This document shows, piece after piece, positions 51,267 through 60,334 of a DNA stretch of 64,000 nt. The notes below the pieces were generated by a model. It saw only the letters and a list, made by a program, of their open reading frames with translations, did not search any database and had not been told where the DNA came from. Source of the DNA: a virus; IMG/VR virus record IMGVR_UViG_3300020472_000018, positions 1 to 64,000 of that record; one strand, given 5' to 3'. How positions within the stretch are numbered: the stretch's first letter is position 1; each line of letters starts with the position of its first letter. Both the position numbers and the translations under genes were made by a program.

Positions 51267-51295
51267 ATGCTATAATATATCCATATTAAAGTTTA

Positions 51296-52450
51296 GTGAT
51301 GCCATTACGTCCACACCAAATTGATGCTCTGGATGCTATGGCAAACCATTCTAAGGGGCAAATCATTGTTCCTACAGGTGGTGGTAAAACCATGTGTATG
51401 ATAGAAGATGCTAAGAAAGGGGGTACTATTGTTGTAGTTGCTCCTCGTATCTTATTGGCAGAGCAATTATCTTCTGAGTTTTTGGAACAGATTGATGATG
51501 TATCTGTGATGCACGTCCATAGTGGGGAAACATCCCACTATTCTTCAACAAATGTTTGGGATATTTATTGGTGGTATAGAAGAACAAAAGGAAATAAGAT
51601 TATATTTACTACCTATCATTCACTTGATAAGGTTAAAAGGTCTACAGTTGATGTAGATACCATTTACTTTGATGAGGCACATAACAGTGTTAATAGAAAC
51701 TTTTTCCCTGCTGTGGAACATTTTGCAACTGTGGGTGCTAACAGGTGCTATTTCTTTACTGCTACTCCTAAGCATAGTTCTGCTGTTAAGAAAGTTGGAA
51801 TGAATTATAAGGAAGTATATGGTGATGTAATTATGAATGTACCAGCACCTAAGTTGGTTAATGAAGGTTATATCCTTCCACCTAAAGTTGAGGTATATAA
51901 AACCAGATTGCTTCAAAAAGATGAGATATATGCTGAAACTGAATCAGAGAATATTCTCAGTGCTATTGATAACTTGAGTGTGGATAAGGTTCTTATATGT
52001 GCCAAATCTACTAAGCAGATTATTAGTTTAGTATCTCAAACTGATTTTTGCTATAAGTTAAAGGAGAATGGATATAATTGGATGTATATCACTGCTAAAA
52101 CAGGTGCTATAATCAATGGTAAAAAGGTGGGTAGAGAGGAGTTTTTTAATACATTGAATGGATGGGGTAGAGATGATACAAGGTTTATTGTACTCCATCA
52201 CAGCATCCTTTCAGAAGGTATTAATGTTGCAGGTCTTGAGGCAGCATTGTTTATGAGGAATATGGATTATATTAGCATCAGTCAAACGATTGGTAGAGTG
52301 ATCCGATTAGGAAAGTGTCATAAGACTCACGGAAAGGTATGTATTCCTGTGTATAATAATGTTGGGATTAGCACCGCAAGAAAGGTTGAGGCAGTAGTTG
52401 ATACTGTGTTCAATAAGGGTGAACCTGCAATTTCTGTTATTAAAAGATGA
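51296..52450 (+). CDS. SF2 DEAD/DEAH helicase (ResIII-like)
   Basis: LRPHQ, PTGGGKT, DEAH, TATP, LSEGINV, QTIGRVIR. Confidence 0.9.
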   Translation: MMPLRPHQIDALDAMANHSKGQIIVPTGGGKTMCMIEDAKKGGTIVVVAPRILLAEQLSSEFLEQIDDVSVMHVHSGETSHYSSTNVWDIYWWYRRTKGNKIIFTTYHSLDKVKRSTVDVDTIYFDEAHNSVNRNFFPAVEHFATVGANRCYFFTATPKHSSAVKKVGMNYKEVYGDVIMNVPAPKLVNEGYILPPKVEVYKTRLLQKDEIYAETESENILSAIDNLSVDKVLICAKSTKQIISLVSQTDFCYKLKENGYNWMYITAKTGAIINGKKVGREEFFNTLNGWGRDDTRFIVLHHSILSEGINVAGLEAALFMRNMDYISISQTIGRVIRLGKCHKTHGKVCIPVYNNVGISTARKVEAVVDTVFNKGEPAISVIKR

Positions 52451-52962
52451 TTGATTTCAAAACCTTTCAGTTGGATAGATTATCCAAACTTCTATATGCA
52501 ATTAGAGGTTATACTGATAACAATTTAAGATTTCCAAAAGCAGGTGAAATGGTTGAGAAAGCACTTGCTGAATATAGTAATGGTTTACTTGAAAGGGTAA
52601 ATCTACCTGGTATTGATTTACTTACTAAAGATAAAGTATCTTATGAATCAAAGGTAACACAGTTTAAGAACAAATCAGGTACAGCGATTAGAGGTTTAAT
52701 AATTAAAAATAGGAGAGCAGCAAAAGAATATGAGGATAAACTTGCTGATTACTTTATAGTTTCTGATGTAAAGAGTGGTAAGGCATGTTGCATATCCTCA
52801 GATAAATTATATAATTTTAAAGATACTGGAGCAGTATATACAGCATCAGCTGATCCTGAACCAGAAGATTTCTTTTTAATTGGTTATAATCAACTCAATG
52901 AATCAAGAGATTACTTTGAGGAATCTGAAGATTATGATCTACAATTCATTAGATCAATATGA
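52447..52962 (+). CDS. Putative PD-(D/E)xK nuclease
   Basis: GEMVE...PGIDL...YESK spacing; ATGA-coupled to the helicase. Confidence 0.45.
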   Translation: MIDFKTFQLDRLSKLLYAIRGYTDNNLRFPKAGEMVEKALAEYSNGLLERVNLPGIDLLTKDKVSYESKVTQFKNKSGTAIRGLIIKNRRAAKEYEDKLADYFIVSDVKSGKACCISSDKLYNFKDTGAVYTASADPEPEDFFLIGYNQLNESRDYFEESEDYDLQFIRSI

Positions 52963-53390
52963 ATAAAGTTGTATTAGTTACTGGTGGATTTGATCCATTA
53001 CATAGTGGACATATTGCTTACTTCAAGGCGGCAAAGGAATTTGGTGATACATTATGTGTTGCTGTAAATTCTGATGATTGGTTAAGAAGAAAAAAGGGAA
53101 AACCTTTTATGAATATAGATGAGAGAATGTCAGTTCTTAAAGAGTTAAAGACTCCTGATGTTGTTATTGAATTTAGAGATAAAGATGATACTGCTAATGA
53201 TGCGATTTATATGGCATTGCAGGTATATGATGAAGTGGTCTTTGCAAATGGAGGAGATCGTGGTAGAATGAATACTCCAGAATATATTAAATATAAAGAT
53301 GATCCTAGAGTTATATTTGAATTTGGTGTTGGTGGTGATAATAAGATGAATAGTAGTTCAAAACTTTTGGAGGAGTGGAATACTAAATGA
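52959..53390 (+). CDS. Cytidylyltransferase-like nucleotidyltransferase
   Basis: VTGGFDPLHSGH, VNSDDWL..KKG.PFM, FANGGDR, SSS. Confidence 0.9.
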   Translation: MNKVVLVTGGFDPLHSGHIAYFKAAKEFGDTLCVAVNSDDWLRRKKGKPFMNIDERMSVLKELKTPDVVIEFRDKDDTANDAIYMALQVYDEVVFANGGDRGRMNTPEYIKYKDDPRVIFEFGVGGDNKMNSSSKLLEEWNTK

Positions 53391-54574
53391 AGATAGCAAT
53401 TCTTGGTGCTGGTAATGCAGGGTGTATATCTGCATTACATTTTCAACATTATGGTAGATCTCATGGAATTGAGATAGACATATATCATAGTCCTGTTGAG
53501 CATCCAATGGAAAAAGTTGGACAAGGTACAACATTAGCACCCTTATTGTATTTTGAGTCAATTCTAGGGACTAATTGGTACAATAATAATATTGGTGCAA
53601 CATTCAAAAGTGGTATATTATATGAAGGGTGGGGTAAAAAGAATGATGAGATATTTCATCCATTTACTAAAGATGCAATGTCTATGCACTATGTTCCAAG
53701 TTTATTATCTAAGGCAGTATTAGAATCAGGTGTTTTTAATGTTACTGAGAAAACTATTAATGATCCTGAAAGTGAAGTAGATGCTGATTGGATTATTGAT
53801 TGTAGGGGTAAAGATAAGAGTGGTGAAACTGAATATCTACCATTAAAGAATCCTTTAAACTCTGCACTTCTTTATAGAAAGGAAGGTAGAGATCCTGATT
53901 TACATTATACAAGAACTGTTGCTACTCCTAATGGATGGGCATTTGTTATTCCTAATCTGGATAGTGTATCCTATGGTTATTTGTATAATGATACAATAAC
54001 ATCAACACAGGTAGCAAGAGAAGATTTTTTAGAAAGATTTGATCTTCCTGAAACTGATGGTTCTAATTTAACATTTGGTAATTACATTGCAAAAGATGTT
54101 TGTGTTGGTGATAGAACTATTCTTAATGGTAATAGATGTGCATTTTTAGAACCATTAGAAGCTACATCTACTGCATTTTATCAGAAAGTATGCCAAGTTG
54201 CTTGGGATTATATTAATCAAATGGATAGTATTGATGGAAATAGTATCTATGGGCATAAACATAAACCTTTGTTACCTACAAGAGCAGATAAAGAATATAT
54301 GAATGACCATATTCATGGTGCAATGCAACAGATTGAAACATTTGTACTATGGCATTATCAGCATGGTTCTAAGTTTGATACTCCTTTCTGGGAATATGCA
54401 AAGTCTATTCCATTTACAATGGATAGATACTTTGAGAATGTATATAAGGCAGCAAAGAAATATGATTGGCATGATGGATGTTTAATTACTAATGCTGGTG
54501 AAGAGGCGAAATATTACTTTTATTCACAATGGCATCTAAATTCTTTTAAATGTTGGGTTGATGGGGTAGAATAA
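53387..54574 (+). CDS. Tryptophan halogenase-like flavoprotein
   Basis: ILGAGNAG, VGQGT, ATFKSGI, IIDCRG, NGWAFVIP, FLEPLEAT, DTPFW. Confidence 0.8.
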   Translation: MKIAILGAGNAGCISALHFQHYGRSHGIEIDIYHSPVEHPMEKVGQGTTLAPLLYFESILGTNWYNNNIGATFKSGILYEGWGKKNDEIFHPFTKDAMSMHYVPSLLSKAVLESGVFNVTEKTINDPESEVDADWIIDCRGKDKSGETEYLPLKNPLNSALLYRKEGRDPDLHYTRTVATPNGWAFVIPNLDSVSYGYLYNDTITSTQVAREDFLERFDLPETDGSNLTFGNYIAKDVCVGDRTILNGNRCAFLEPLEATSTAFYQKVCQVAWDYINQMDSIDGNSIYGHKHKPLLPTRADKEYMNDHIHGAMQQIETFVLWHYQHGSKFDTPFWEYAKSIPFTMDRYFENVYKAAKKYDWHDGCLITNAGEEAKYYFYSQWHLNSFKCWVDGVE

Positions 54575-54578
54575 TATT

Positions 54579-55544
54579 ATGAGAGATACTATTTTATTTG
54601 GCGATTGTCGTGAAACTCTTAAGGAGTTTGATGAGAAGGCAAGGATGTGTGTTACATCTCCACCTTACTATGGTCTAAGAGATTATGGTGGTGAAGATTC
54701 ACAAATAGGTCTGGAGCAAACTCCAGAAGAATTTATTGATGAGCTAGTTAAAGTATTCAAGGAGGTAAAAAATGTGCTCACAGATGATGGAACTTGTTGG
54801 GTTAATCTTGGCGATAGTTACTATAATTACCGACCTGGAAGGGGACAAGGATTGGCAAAACAAACAGTCTCGCATACTAAACAAGACCTACCAGATGTGT
54901 GTCCTCGTAGAGCGAATAGAATCGGAGGACTCAAAGAAAAAGACCTCATTGGAATCCCTTGGATGTTCGCCTTCGCAATGCGAGCAGATGGATGGCATTT
55001 GAGACAGGATATTATATGGCATAAACCTAATCCAATGCCTGAGAGTGTAAAGGATAGGTGTACTAAAGCACATGAATATATCTTTTTGTTTAGTAAGAAT
55101 AAGAAGTATTTTTATGATAATGAAGCAATAAAGGAACCAGCAAAAGATTGGGGAACCAGAGATAGAAGTAAAGGTAAGTACACAAGTACAAATGAGTATG
55201 GACAAACTCCACACTCAGGATTAACTAAGAGTTATGAGAAGAAGAATAAGAGATCAGTATGGACTGTAACTAAGAAACCATACAAGGGGGCACATTTTGC
55301 TACTTATCCACCCGATCTAATTGAACCCTGTATCAAGGCAGGGAGCGAGAAAGGAGACATTGTATTAGATCCATTCATGGGATCAGGAACTACTGCTGCT
55401 GTGGCAAAATCGTTAGGTAGAGATTACATTGGATGTGAACTACACGAAGATTATGGTAACTTGATTCAGAAGAGAGTTGCAGAATATCATCCAGTTGAAG
55501 AAGTGTCACAAGAACCTAGCATAAACATATTAGATCTTGTATAA
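54579..55544 (+). CDS. DNA N4-cytosine/N6-adenine methyltransferase (beta class)
   Basis: TSPPY, IIWHKPNPMPES, HFATYP, VLDPFMGSGTT. Confidence 0.92.
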   Translation: MRDTILFGDCRETLKEFDEKARMCVTSPPYYGLRDYGGEDSQIGLEQTPEEFIDELVKVFKEVKNVLTDDGTCWVNLGDSYYNYRPGRGQGLAKQTVSHTKQDLPDVCPRRANRIGGLKEKDLIGIPWMFAFAMRADGWHLRQDIIWHKPNPMPESVKDRCTKAHEYIFLFSKNKKYFYDNEAIKEPAKDWGTRDRSKGKYTSTNEYGQTPHSGLTKSYEKKNKRSVWTVTKKPYKGAHFATYPPDLIEPCIKAGSEKGDIVLDPFMGSGTTAAVAKSLGRDYIGCELHEDYGNLIQKRVAEYHPVEEVSQEPSINILDLV

Positions 55545-55545
55545 T
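55491..55545 (+). promoter_or_regulatory. Early-type promoter: CCAGTT-N4-AAGTGTCACA box plus TATAAT
   Basis: CCAGTTGAAGAAGTGTCACA-N29-TATAAT inside the 3' end of the MTase gene. Confidence 0.6.
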
Positions 55546-55569
55546 TAGTACAACTAAAGGAAAACTTCT

Positions 55570-55734
55570 ATGTTTGGATTATTCAGTTCTGGCCCTCGTG
55601 TCGAAGTTAAACTCATTTTAAATGGAAGGCAATTTGTTGAAACAGTTTTTACTGATGATGTATTTCAAGCAGAGGATATTGCTATTGCAAGAAATCCTGG
55701 TGCTGAAGTTATTTTTGCTAATATAGTAATATAG
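55570..55734 (+). CDS. Small hypothetical protein (54 aa)
   Basis: MFGLFSSGPRVEVKLILNGRQFVETV...AIARNPGAEV; AAGGA SD; missed by the ORF track. Confidence 0.7.
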   Translation: MFGLFSSGPRVEVKLILNGRQFVETVFTDDVFQAEDIAIARNPGAEVIFANIVI

Positions 55735-55738
55735 TAAA

Positions 55739-56374
55739 ATGGTATTAGAATATCTTGTAGACACTTGGGATTATAGGTCTGAGGTACTACATCTTTTAAA
55801 GGATAGATGTTATAAGAAGGGTGATTTTACTCTTTCTTCTGGTAGAAAAACTCAACACTATGTTAATTGTAAGTCGATTACTTTAAATGGTGAATCTTTA
55901 TGTAAAATATGTCCAATGATATTGGAACATATTGAATCTAATGTTAAGGCAGTAGGTGGTCTGACTTTAGGTGCTGATCCATTGGTTACTGGTGTTGCTA
56001 TGATGGGATATGCTCTAGGTAATAATAAGATTAAACTTGCATCTTTAATTGTTCGTAAACAAGCAAAGGGGTATGGAACTAATGCTTACATAGAGGGGCC
56101 AAAATTACCTGAAGGATCTGAAGTCACAGTTCTTGAGGATGTAATTACTACAGGTGGATCTTCTATTGTAGCAGTAGAAAGATTGCGTGATGCTGGTTAT
56201 GTAGTTAATCGTGTTATTTCTATTGTTGATAGGCAAGAAGATGGTGAGGCAGATGATAACATGAAAGAAGCAAATTTAGAACTTATAAGTTTGTTTACAT
56301 TACAGGATTTAATTGAAGATAAGTCTCCTGTTCGTACTTTAAAAAGTCCAAAAATGATGGTGGATTATGAGTAG
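55739..56374 (+). CDS. pyrE: Orotate phosphoribosyltransferase
   Basis: GDFTLSSG, GGLTLGADP, VRKQAKGYG, VLEDVITTGGS PRPP motif. Confidence 0.95.
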   Translation: MVLEYLVDTWDYRSEVLHLLKDRCYKKGDFTLSSGRKTQHYVNCKSITLNGESLCKICPMILEHIESNVKAVGGLTLGADPLVTGVAMMGYALGNNKIKLASLIVRKQAKGYGTNAYIEGPKLPEGSEVTVLEDVITTGGSSIVAVERLRDAGYVVNRVISIVDRQEDGEADDNMKEANLELISLFTLQDLIEDKSPVRTLKSPKMMVDYE

Positions 56375-56612
56375 AAAAATACATCCTAGTGAATACTTTT
56401 CTAATGATTATTGGAAGTATAATTTAGATCCACCAGAATATAAAAGGGGAAGTAGGCACAATAAAATAGGAATGTGGATTATGTACATTTTCTATGGTAT
56501 TGTTCTTGTACAATTATTACACGCATTTACTGTAATACCATTTTTCCCTATTACCTTTTCTATACTATTAGGTTTAGGATTTATTTGCTATGTTGCTTGG
56601 AGGGCAAGTTGA
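56367..56612 (+). CDS. Small membrane protein (two TM segments)
   Basis: Two hydrophobic stretches. Confidence 0.65.
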   Translation: MSRKIHPSEYFSNDYWKYNLDPPEYKRGSRHNKIGMWIMYIFYGIVLVQLLHAFTVIPFFPITFSILLGLGFICYVAWRAS

Positions 56613-56788
56613 GATTAACTGAAGATGTAATTAACAAGATTGCAGTATTAATGCAACATACCAAAATGAATGGTGAAACCAACTGGAAAGATGGTGATGA
56701 GATTGATGTGTGTCTTGGAGGCACATTTGCTGGAGATAAGTTTATCTCTATTATAAACAGAACACGAAGTAACACAACTAAGAAATGA
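56609..56788 (+). CDS. Hypothetical protein (~59 aa)
   Basis: TTG start overlapping the upstream TGA; MRLTEDVINKIAVLM..WKDGDEIDVC. Confidence 0.6.
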   Translation: MRLTEDVINKIAVLMQHTKMNGETNWKDGDEIDVCLGGTFAGDKFISIINRTRSNTTKK

Positions 56789-57351
56789 AGAAACTATTAA
56801 CAGCATTAGTAGCAGCATCAATGCTGTTACCAACTGCAACACTAGCATCTAGTATAAGACCAGGTGCTAGGGTTACACATAAGACACTACAACAAGGTGC
56901 AAAAGATCCACTATGTCTTGTTGGTCAGGAAGAAGAGAAGGAATTGTGGGAAGAATGTAAGGTTACAATAGATGAGACAGGGGTAACACATCCAATAGGT
57001 AAGGTTGCTACTGTAGTTCAATGGGAAACAGAAGAGAAACCATTTAATACAGCAGGTGCTATCATAGGTGGTGCTGCTGGTGCTGGTGTAGGTTTTGCTG
57101 CTGGACTAGGTACTTGTATGTTTCTTGGCCCATTTTGTTTGATTACCGCACCAGCAGTAATGCAGAGTGGTATGATGGTAGGTGGTGCTGCTGGCGGTAA
57201 AGGTTTAGGAAGATACTTTACTGTTGTTGGTGATGATGAACAAGGCGAAAGATTAATTCAAGAGTGGTATGAGAAGTCAGGTAAAGCAGCAGCTAAAACA
57301 TCTAAAGACCTACTCAAGGCAAGCAAACTTGCAGAAGGAGAAATTAGGTAG
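56785..57351 (+). CDS. Secreted/membrane protein with glycine-zipper segment
   Basis: Signal peptide MKKLLTALVAASMLLPTATLA; GAIIGGAAGAGVGFAAG zipper. Confidence 0.65.
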   Translation: MKKLLTALVAASMLLPTATLASSIRPGARVTHKTLQQGAKDPLCLVGQEEEKELWEECKVTIDETGVTHPIGKVATVVQWETEEKPFNTAGAIIGGAAGAGVGFAAGLGTCMFLGPFCLITAPAVMQSGMMVGGAAGGKGLGRYFTVVGDDEQGERLIQEWYEKSGKAAAKTSKDLLKASKLAEGEIR

Positions 57352-57630
57352 ATGGGTAGTAGAGTAAGTGCTGACTATCGTAAGTTTTATACTTGCCCTA
57401 ATAGAGACATTCTTGATCCTGATGGTGGACAACCTGAAGGATGGGTGAATAAGGATGGATCATGGGCAGCAATTCCTCTTATGGGAAGTAAAAAGAAGTT
57501 GGGTATTATTCACAATGGTGAGTATATGCACACTGCCAAAAACTATAATGATGCAGTAACATACATAAAGAAACAAATTTCTATTGAAAACAAACTTAAG
57601 AAGAAAGGGTCATTGGAGAAGTTTTTATGA
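57352..57630 (+). CDS. Hypothetical protein
   Basis: ORF track; tight packing; C-terminal LEKFL. Confidence 0.65.
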   Translation: MGSRVSADYRKFYTCPNRDILDPDGGQPEGWVNKDGSWAAIPLMGSKKKLGIIHNGEYMHTAKNYNDAVTYIKKQISIENKLKKKGSLEKFL

Positions 57631-57935
57631 GTGAGACTAAACAAGAAAAATGGGATCGTGGTAAGACTCTTATGTTGGAGTCTTTACATAAACCTGATGA
57701 TAGATTGAGAGGATGTTCTCATAATCAACAATGTTATCACGAATTAATGGAGATAAGGGATCAGGTGATTGAGATGGTTCAAGCAATGCCTAATCCTTAT
57801 ACAGAACCATTGCCATTTGGTAAGAAAAATAATCATATAGAACCAACAATTAGTACACCTAATGGTGAAATTAGTGAAACTTTAATGAGTGGAACATTGC
57901 GTGAACATTATATGTCAGATCATAGGGAGTATTAA
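57627..57935 (+). CDS. Hypothetical protein
   Basis: ATGA coupling; ESLHKPD..LRGCSHNQ.C. Confidence 0.65.
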   Translation: MSETKQEKWDRGKTLMLESLHKPDDRLRGCSHNQQCYHELMEIRDQVIEMVQAMPNPYTEPLPFGKKNNHIEPTISTPNGEISETLMSGTLREHYMSDHREY

Positions 57936-57937
57936 TT

Positions 57938-58195
57938 ATGAGTAAGATTGATACACAGGGGATGAGTGGCCCTACTGATCCTAATTATAAACCAACTGGT
58001 AAAGCACAACCACATAAACCTATGATGATATATCCTCGTAGGTTACATACTCCTGAAATGGTTAGAGAGATGAAGATACTTATCAATGAAGTATTAGATG
58101 AGAGAGATGGTAAGAGAGGTAGATCATATTTTGATAGTGAGAAGTTTGCTCACCGCATTAATGAACCTGAACCACCTTATGAAAAATGGGAATGA
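57938..58195 (+). CDS. Hypothetical protein
   Basis: GGAG SD; MSKIDTQGMS..KILINEVLDER. Confidence 0.65.
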   Translation: MSKIDTQGMSGPTDPNYKPTGKAQPHKPMMIYPRRLHTPEMVREMKILINEVLDERDGKRGRSYFDSEKFAHRINEPEPPYEKWE

Positions 58196-58329
58196 TTAGA
58201 AATTGGATAAAAGAGATCATTAAAGAAGCACTTGTTGAGTGGGAGACGGAAGTTTCCTATCTTGGAAGACCAGGATATGAGTGGAACGGTGAGAACTGGG
58301 TTCCAAGAGATGAAGATGGAAAAGCATAA
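58192..58329 (+). CDS. Small hypothetical protein (45 aa)
   Basis: ATGA coupling; MIRNWIKEIIKEALVEWE..GYEWNGENWVP; missed by the ORF track. Confidence 0.55.
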   Translation: MIRNWIKEIIKEALVEWETEVSYLGRPGYEWNGENWVPRDEDGKA

Positions 58330-58579
58330 TTATAAGAACCCTTCTAAGGCACAAGATCTTTCGCACTTAGAGGCACAAGTTACTGAGGGTAAGAAGTATT
58401 ATGATGAGCAAGGGTGGGAGATCTCTCCACCCATAAGTGATAGAGAATGTATCTACCGTTGCTTAGAGAACTGTGAGCAACTTGCTGGACTTGATAAGAA
58501 ACAAGTGCAGAGATTGATGGAAGACTTTAAGACCAAGAAAACAGAGTTTGTACGCAACGAGGAGTATCCAGCACTATGA
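58316..58579 (+). CDS. Hypothetical protein
   Basis: Start reassigned to MEKHNYKNP, since the upstream part overlaps the preceding ORF. Confidence 0.6.
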   Translation: MEKHNYKNPSKAQDLSHLEAQVTEGKKYYDEQGWEISPPISDRECIYRCLENCEQLAGLDKKQVQRLMEDFKTKKTEFVRNEEYPAL

Positions 58580-58749
58580 GAACACAAAATAAAGAAAATT
58601 ATTATTATTTCTTTTGGGTTATAGCAATGGTTGCTTTTATAGCACCTCAAGTAATGACTGCTTTTGCTTATCACAGACTTGCTGAGATTCTTAGTAAACC
58701 TGTTCAAGTTGAAGTAATTAATCCTATGAAAATTAAAATGAGTTTATGA
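58576..58749 (+). CDS. Small membrane protein (57 aa)
   Basis: ATGA coupling at both ends; MRTQNKENYYYFFWVIAMVAFIAPQVMTAFAY. Confidence 0.65.
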   Translation: MRTQNKENYYYFFWVIAMVAFIAPQVMTAFAYHRLAEILSKPVQVEVINPMKIKMSL

Positions 58750-59009
58750 AAAACTGGTTTAACTTAAATGTAAATACACCTTGGGTAAAGGGGTATGAGG
58801 ATAAGAACTCACATCCTGTGTATAAACACGCTAATAGTCCATCAAAATGGGATATAAAATGTAGTAGATTAATTATGTCATGTTATGGAGAAGGTGCTGC
58901 AATAGATATTAGACTTATGGATACTGATAATGATCTACAGCATCAAATAAACATTACTGTTGATAAGGATGGTAAGTTACAGGCAATAGTTTCGGAGCAA
59001 ACCAAATGA
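58746..59009 (+). CDS. Hypothetical protein
   Basis: ATGA coupling; ORF track. Confidence 0.65.
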   Translation: MKNWFNLNVNTPWVKGYEDKNSHPVYKHANSPSKWDIKCSRLIMSCYGEGAAIDIRLMDTDNDLQHQINITVDKDGKLQAIVSEQTK

Positions 59010-59530
59010 GATTAGGAATTATGTGTTCTGGCAACGGAACCAACTTCGAGAACATAATTACAAATCCTAACTGCAATAAACATGAAGTAGTATTGATGAT
59101 ACACAATACAAAGAAGTGTGGTGCTATTGCAAGAGCAGCAAAATGGGGAATACCTCACTGTAGGGTTGCTCATAAAGATGAAGATCAAATGATAAAACTT
59201 TTTGAGGCATATCGTGTAGATCTTATCATACTAGCAGGTTATATGCGAGTATTAAAGAATCCATCTGCATTTCATTGTCCTATCATTAACGTGCATCCAT
59301 CATTACTACCAAAGTATAAAGGATTACATGCTGTTGAGCAAGCAATGGAGTCAGGTGATACTATTACTGGATGTACTGTTCACTATGTGAATGAAGAGTT
59401 AGATGGTGGAGAGATTATAATGCAAGGTGAGGTTCCTATATTACTTGATGATGATGTAGATTCATTAACTAAAGCTATACAACGTAAGGAGTATGCTATA
59501 CTACCAGTAGCGATTGATTCATTAGGATAA
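59006..59530 (+). CDS. purN: Phosphoribosylglycinamide formyltransferase
   Basis: MCSGNGTNF, LAGYMRVL, INVHPSLLPKYKG, GCTVHYV.EELDGG. Confidence 0.95.
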   Translation: MRLGIMCSGNGTNFENIITNPNCNKHEVVLMIHNTKKCGAIARAAKWGIPHCRVAHKDEDQMIKLFEAYRVDLIILAGYMRVLKNPSAFHCPIINVHPSLLPKYKGLHAVEQAMESGDTITGCTVHYVNEELDGGEIIMQGEVPILLDDDVDSLTKAIQRKEYAILPVAIDSLG

Positions 59531-59555
59531 ATAATTTGACCTATTAGGTTATTTT

Positions 59556-59855
59556 ATGCTATCTACGCAATACCGTTTGAGACTAGCATCTATATGTAAA
59601 GATATAGGTGCTGGAGTTGAAGTAAGTTTAGACGATATGATCTGGGCAGAAAAATTAGCAAAGGCAAATACCGCAGCAAGAGGCATGTTACAGACTGCAA
59701 GAAGAATCAGTACAGACCCTACCGATTCTTTTCTGAATAGTTTGAATTTAGGAGACCCCGATTCAAACAATCACCGTAGGGGTTTTGGAGATCCACAAGA
59801 TGTTGTGGATTGGTTTCATCAAGAAAGATCAGACGATTGGAGGCAACGTGACTAA
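59556..59855 (+). CDS. Conserved cyanophage hypothetical protein
   Basis: MLSTQYRLRL..IC..I...V.L.DMIWA.KLAK.N...DDWRQRD; TAAATA upstream. Confidence 0.75.
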   Translation: MLSTQYRLRLASICKDIGAGVEVSLDDMIWAEKLAKANTAARGMLQTARRISTDPTDSFLNSLNLGDPDSNNHRRGFGDPQDVVDWFHQERSDDWRQRD

Positions 59856-59856
59856 G

Positions 59857-60051
59857 ATGGCAAGAGGAGAAAAATTGAGATTAACAGATATTATCTGTAG
59901 AATCATAACAACTGATGGAACAGTTGATCTTAATGAGAGAATATGGATGAACAAACTATGTGAGCGTAATGATGAGGCAAAGGAACTAGCAGGTGCTATG
60001 CTTTGTCCTGATTTTTATGATCCTGATGGGATAGATCCTGCCTTCTACTAG
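59857..60051 (+). CDS. Hypothetical protein, paralog of the N-terminus of 59556
   Basis: MARGEKLRLTDIICRI..VDLNERIWMNKLCERN. Confidence 0.6.
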   Translation: MARGEKLRLTDIICRIITTDGTVDLNERIWMNKLCERNDEAKELAGAMLCPDFYDPDGIDPAFY

Positions 60052-60070
60052 GCATAAATTTTTGTTAAGT

Positions 60071-60114
60071 GTAGTTGATGATACGAACACATTTACCATA
60101 AATAATGATAGAAT
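60071..60114 (+). promoter_or_regulatory. NtcA-like box with downstream -10 and late-promoter core
   Basis: GTA-GTTGATGA-TAC (60071-60084); ATAAATA (60098-60104); TGA-TAGAAT (60106-60114). Confidence 0.5.
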
Positions 60115-60181
60115 CGAGGAGAACAAGATGATTCAAACTCCTTTGTTATGGGTCTACTAATTGTTGTTTACGGAGTTTTTT

Positions 60182-60334
60182 ATGCACAACTTAATACCGC
60201 ACAATCAGTTATCGGGATCAGAAGATATAGTTGATCCGCATAGCGATTTACTAGCAGAATACTATGAGTGCTTAATTGACTGCGAAGACACTGCTTCAAG
60301 TTGTAAACGAATATGTAAGGAGGTTTTAGTTTAA
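60182..60334 (+). CDS. Small Cys-rich protein (50 aa)
   Basis: GGAG SD; MHNLIPHNQL...EYYECLIDCEDTASSCKRICKEVLV; missed by the ORF track. Confidence 0.75.
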   Translation: MHNLIPHNQLSGSEDIVDPHSDLLAEYYECLIDCEDTASSCKRICKEVLV

